This document shows positions 58,640 to 64,000 of a DNA stretch of 64,000 bases, in pieces. The position numbers were made by a program, and so were the translations under genes. Numbering within the stretch: position 1 is the first letter of the stretch; each line of letters starts with the position of its first letter. Below the pieces are notes generated by a model, which worked only from the letters and a program-made list of their open reading frames with translations, had not been told where the DNA came from and made no database searches. This DNA is from the human T2T-CHM13v2.0 reference genome, Homo sapiens: NCBI RefSeq assembly GCF_009914755.1, contig NC_060933.1. The stretch is one strand, 5' to 3'.

Positions 58640-60330
58640 TTTATCTTAGGTCACTGTTGCCTTGCTCATTATATTCCTACCCATTCATTTAAAAAACTCT
58701 TTTTGAACTCACTGAGCTCTTTGCTACCTTTTGACACTAGACATAAGTTTTCTTCTTTTTGGACTCCATGTTTTATTCTTCATCTGGCTAATTCCTTCCT
58801 ATTCATCCTTTGGCATCAGCATAAATATTGCTTTATCAGAGAGATTATTTCTGACCCTAATCTAAATTTGGTCTCTTCCTTTATTCTCTCTCCTTATACT
58901 CCTCCTTCCTATTATAATTTCTAAACATGTGTTTGTGATTTTATTTGTTCATTTATTGTCTGTGTCCTCACTAGAAATGTATACTCAATGAGAATAGGGA
59001 CATATCTGCATTATTTCCAATGTCTAGCAAGGTGCCTGGTTCATGCAGGGCATTCAGTATCAAATGGCTGAAACTCAACCCTTCTAATAAAAAAGTCAAT
59101 GGCCCTATGACTCATTTCTACACTTTAACACACTCCACATTTCCCTTGACAAAACTTTTGTTTTGCTTAGTAGCCCTCTGGGGAATCCCCTTGCCTCAGA
59201 TTATTTTTGGTTACTGACGGTTTCAATTCAGCAAATCTTGATTTATAAGAAAGATTTCTTAAAATAATCTTCATTTTTCTCCATTCAAAAAATTATTTTT
59301 CTTCTTAAACAGGCAATTCAGTGTAGGTTTTTAACATATCTTTTGTGCAAACTTATAATAGTTCAAATCCCATTGGTACAAATTCCCTCACAACAGATAT
59401 CTTTGCACAATGAAAAGATTTTTTCAAGCCCTCAGTTTGTGGGCTGAGAACGACTAAAAAGTTGAAGTCTGTTCTCTAGATTCTTGTCAGTGAATAATGT
59501 GCAGTTCCATAGACCTTATTCTTGACATGTGACTAAGCCTTACCTACTAGTGAACTATTAAGGAAGGTATTAAGGAGTGCTAAAATGTGGTATTCGTAAG
59601 CACCAGAGTATTAATCAAGCTTCATGAGGATTTGAATTTCTCCTTCTTTTACCGTATTAGGCTGGCACAATGTCTTGGCAATTGTAAAACTCCCAGGTAA
59701 TTGAAATTTCCAGGACTACCTATTTGATAATCATTATAGCATGGTTTTAAAATTGGTTTTGTATATGTGATTAATATTGCTTTTTCAAAATTGGAATTGC
59801 TGTTCATTTAGCTTGATTCTTTTCAATTTAACTGGTGAATTGTTTGGTTAACCTTTCCCAGATCCTTCCAGTCAGAAGTAATTTCTCTTATTTCTGAACT
59901 CTTATAGTTCTTTGTAATACCATTTTAGTAGCCTTTATCAAAACCTGTCTTTCAGATATTTGGCTATGTCATTCAGCTCCCATTTTTGGACCTCTTCTGC
60001 TTTCTGGATTGTCTTTCTCCATTAAAAAAACAATCTAGTTAATTCCTAACTGCTTTACTCTGCAAACCTCTAATTCTCACTTATCCTTTAAGGTTTAGCT
60101 TAGGCAACCCACTGGTTGCCTAAGTCTCTCCCACTTCCTCATCCTCATCTTCATTGCACACTTATATTACTCTGTGTATGACTCTGTTCTAACACTTACC
60201 ATGCTAAACTGTCAATTTATTTCTCCCCACCAGACCACGCTTCTCAAAGTAGCCCACATTTTATTAGCACTCAGTATCATTGCCTTAACACAATACATGT
60301 TTAATAAAATTAATATGTTTTATTTCCTCA
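58640..60330 (+). mobile_element. L2 fragments (~58640-59070 and ~60040-60330)
   Basis: 'ctagaaatgtatactcaatgagaatagggac...tgtctagcaaggtgcctggttcatgcagggcattcagta'. Confidence 0.6.
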
Positions 60331-61327
60331 AGTAGACATGAAGGTCCTTAAGTTTAGAGATTATGTTTTATTCAGTCTTATATTTCATTGTCTACTATAA
60401 TGTCTTGTATAGTACATGCTTTCAAAACTTTTGTGTAACTCTAAGGGAAAACCCCTACACTCTCCTCTTGTCTCTAAGAAAATGGGGCTATAAATATATC
60501 TCTAACTCAAGTTGGTGGGCATCTGCAGATTGCATTTCTATTTAAGAAACTCTAGGTATAGAAGTATCAGTGAGCCCATTTGCCAGGTATCTTCAGAGAA
60601 TGTTTCTTTTGTAAATTTTAAATCAAAATAGTGACTTGGGCTGTCTCAACAGAAGTGAGAAATGAGAAAATGCAGGTGGTGCACTAGATGAATCTAATTA
60701 GATTTAGAATGAGAAACTAGTTTTGAAAGCCCCTGTAGTCATTGCCTGTCTAGTATTTCTTCTATTGTGTGTAGTAGTATACACAAAACAAAGATATCTT
60801 GGTGTGTGTTTGGTTGATGTAAGAAAGTATCCTCACATATTGCAAAAAGGAGATTTTGAGCTGATTACATTATAATAACTTTTGTAAATCTTGTTATGTT
60901 TTCACATAATCCTTATTATTTATTTCCATGTTTCTTTGTTATTTTTATAGCCCACCTTTGGTGGGATCTGAAATGCTCTTACAATATAAACATACATGTC
61001 TATTGAAAAAAGCAATATCCAGAGATTCTTAGGGTCAAACACTAAATTCTTAGTGTAAAAATAATCATTCTCTTGAGTTTTGACCCATTCTATTTTTTCA
61101 AAATCTGAGACTTTACTCTCACTTAGTCTGCCTTCTTCAGTCCTTATAGAAAAACCAATTATGGATGTCTATGGGTAGTGAAGATAAGGCTGCAGAAATG
61201 AAGTAAGGTGTTCTCAAGGGAAATTGAGACTTTATGAGAAATTTAGAGAAATTTTACACAGGAACAATTTGAACTAACAATTTTTTAAAAGTCAAATATT
61301 TCTGGGAGAATTAGGTGTCAAGGTAGG

Positions 61328-61346
61328 TGTGTGTGTGTGTGTGTGC
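61328..61346 (+). repeat. (TG)n microsatellite
   Basis: tgtgtgtgtgtgtgtgtgc. Confidence 0.9.
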
Positions 61347-61604
61347 GTGCATGTACATATGAGTGTGGTTTGGCTGCATTAGAACTCTTCTTTATTTTAA
61401 TGCCAATTTGCTCAAACGCAAACACACATACATACATGTGCATGTATAGTTTTTATTACCTAGCTGAATTTAGCCAGTTTGAAAGAACGGCTATTTAGGC
61501 TGGAGGTCTGGGCGGCAGATGGGAAGGATAATGAGGAAGGCAAGCCTGACTGGGTGGTCCATCATTCTGAGGGCCTTTGAGGATGGAAGGTTCATGAAAA
61601 ACAG

Positions 61605-61820
61605 TAAGTGTAGTAGTTAAAAAGTATTAGAAATACACTGCTGCACTTACCAGCTGTGTGACTTTGGGTAAGTTGTTTAATCTCCCTGGGCCTCAATTTC
61701 AGTTTTCTCATTTGTAAGATGTAAATAATAATAGGCCTCTCTCATAGGGTTGTTGTGTTAATTAAAGGAGATTGATACATATAAAATGCTTAGGACATAA
61801 GCACTCAATATATATTAGCT
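61605..61820 (+). mobile_element. MIR
   Basis: 'cacttaccagctgtgtgactttgggtaagttgtttaatctccctgggcctc...catagggttgttgtg'. Confidence 0.8.
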
Positions 61821-62399
61821 TCTGTCCTCCTCTTCTTTCTCTTCTTCCTTTTTCTCTTCTTTTTCTCCCCTTCTTTTGGTTCTTTCTTTGTTTCCTGGTA
61901 GAAGGAATACAAGACTGTATCAGAAGATGCAAGAAACATCAGAAAGTAAACTCTGGCAGATACAAGAGATAATTCCTCTGGAACTGTGGTCTTTTGTCAT
62001 ACTTCTGTGTCTGCCCTGTCAATCACCCTCTGTCCTGGCAAAGAGGAGGCTGCGAGAACCATAGAGTTCTCCACTCTGAGACTCTTGGCCTCAAGTAACC
62101 ACTGAGTCCTTGGTCACTTTAAGGTATACAGAGAAGTTCTGGCAGAAATTTTTCTCATACTAGGGCTGAAAGATGAAAGTGATTACCTCTGAGGCAGCTG
62201 GTTCTCTAGACTTCCCCACCGTAAATAAACTTCTGGTTGTAAGCATTAGTGAGCTTGCTCCACTATAGAACATGTATATGGAGAGAGAAGGGTGTCAGTT
62301 CCCATTTGTCCACAAATTGAGAATTTATGCATCTTTGGTGACTGCCTCCCATTTCAGTCCACAGCATTTAAACTCCAGCGAAAATAGATGCAACCGGTG

Positions 62400-62598
62400 A
62401 TGTTGAGCTCACAATGTGCCAGGCACTGTTCTAAGTGCATTCTGTGTATTAATTTCGTTTATCCTTACAACTACCAAATGTGAGAGATACTATTATTATC
62501 CCAGTTTAACAAATGTGAAAACCAAATCACAGAGAAGTGAAATAGCAGAGTCAGGACTAGGCCCATCTGACTTCAGAACATACCTCTGAACTATTGCC
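62400..62598 (-). mobile_element. MIR
   Basis: 'ttgagctcacaatgtgccaggcactgttctaagtgc...tactattattatccc'. Confidence 0.8.
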
Positions 62599-62606
62599 AT
62601 CTCTCA

Positions 62607-62620
62607 GCGCCCCCTGCCGT
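62607..62620 (-). promoter_or_regulatory. Candidate CTCF site
   Basis: Minus strand ACGGCAGGGGGCGC versus consensus CCASYAGRKGGCRS; CpGs retained. Confidence 0.5.
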
Positions 62621-64000
62621 ATTCAGCTCTTCAAAGGCTCTCATTCTGTGCTTAAAAGCTATCACAAGATTGTTTATTCTGCAAGCTATGCTTTTTCTCT
62701 TTAATCTTCACTTGGACACCTATTATTACTAAAAATCATTTCAGTCAATAAGCACCTAATATATTCCATTTTATTTGATTCCTTATTTCTCTTCCCCACA
62801 ATAATGTTATGTTTTATTTCCTGTCCTTAGTCCATTGTACATTGCCTGGTACAAAGGAGGTGCTCAGTAAGGTCTATGGAATGAAATAAAAAAATTATAT
62901 ATTGGGTTGAATATACAATTTATTCATTTTTGAATTCATTTTTTCAGAATACGATTGTATAGACAGGTCCAACTATAGAAGGTTGCCATAAACTTTGAAG
63001 TTTACAATAAATTTAAATGCGTTCACAGCTTCTAGTTAGGCAGAAGAGGCTAATAATTCTACAGGTGGTAGCTTGCTTTTCTAAGGAAAAGAAGAAACCA
63101 GCAGTACAATTATGCTGATTTCTGCCATTTAATGGTGTGTTTTTTGATTGTTTGACACTAGGTGGAGCCAAGAAGCCTTGCAGGGAAACTCCAAAGAAGC
63201 AGGAACTACTGTTACCAACCCTCTGATCGTACTCAAAATAATATGAAGTTGTTTTTTTTTTTTTTTTTTTTAAAGATTGCAAACTGGTGCATTATTCGCA
63301 TCAATTATTTAATTACATTCATTCTCCAGTGAATTATTTGCTCTACTGGTTACCTTATTATTTTTGAAGTGGAAAAGTTTTATACTTTATTTCTTTCAGT
63401 TTCCCAACACTTAGAAACAATTTTAAATATTTAAGTGAAATCTCTATTTGGTAGTTGAGACTCAAAACCCCAAATCTTTCTTCACCCTCCCACCCTCACC
63501 CTCCTTTCTTTTAAGTGCAATGTGGTTGCAGACGCCGAAGGTCTGGCATTCTGTGAAAAAAGGTCCTGGACTAGCAGTGAGGAAGTTTTCTTTTTCTTCT
63601 CTTTCCTTTTTCTTTTTTTGTTTTAAAAATAATTTTTGTACATTAAAACAGTGAATATCAGCAACTGCAATTGGTTCAACATAACCAATTTTACACTTAC
63701 CAAGTTCACATGAAAGTCAAAAACAGAATCATAACCATAATAGTTTTGACTCTGCTTTTGACTTTCCTTATGACTTTGGTAGGTCACCTGTCTTCTTGGG
63801 GTCTCATTTTCTTCATCCATTAAATGGAAGGAACAGGCACCAACTTGAAAGACACATTTTCATTTGAATTTTTCATAATTTTGGCCCCTGAATTATTCTG
63901 ATCTGTGTCATTGACTGGTTCTTTATGCTTTTGTCCAGCATGTGTTTTTGAATTCTATAGATTTTGGCTAATTATGGACTATTACTAGATGTTCATTAAT

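Noticed and set aside
63013-63282. 89-aa minus-strand ORF
   Set aside because: Starts across a poly(A) run giving poly-Lys, with no homology or splice support

Overview
Primate (human-like) AT-rich genomic DNA dominated by retrotransposons; no intact protein-coding gene, RNA gene, CRISPR array or prokaryote-type system is supported. It holds five large primate LINE-1 copies: an L1PA5-like 3' end (1-1439), an L1PA10/11-like full-length + copy (2661-9424), an L1PA13-like - copy (11522-19245) interrupted by a complete THE1C, an L1PA4-like full-length - copy (38615-44771) and an L1PA10/11-like + copy (47209-53908) carrying a triple-Alu nest and a HERV-K-class solo LTR. There is also an internally collapsed L1MA, six Alus in total, and older MIR, L2, MLT, hAT and L1M fragments. 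The long ORFs in the supplied track are broken L1 ORF1/ORF2 pieces or repeat-derived frames. The best non-repeat signals are two candidate + strand exons (22594-22630 and a terminal exon at 28950-~29045) that splice in frame, an AP-1-rich candidate enhancer cluster (19.7-33.2 kb), a tandem TCF/LEF duplication, candidate CTCF sites in divergent orientation near the right end, and several template-switch scars. I found no convincing new biological system. Subfamily names come from recalled consensus sequences and need RepeatMasker/Dfam confirmation; the locus could not be identified.
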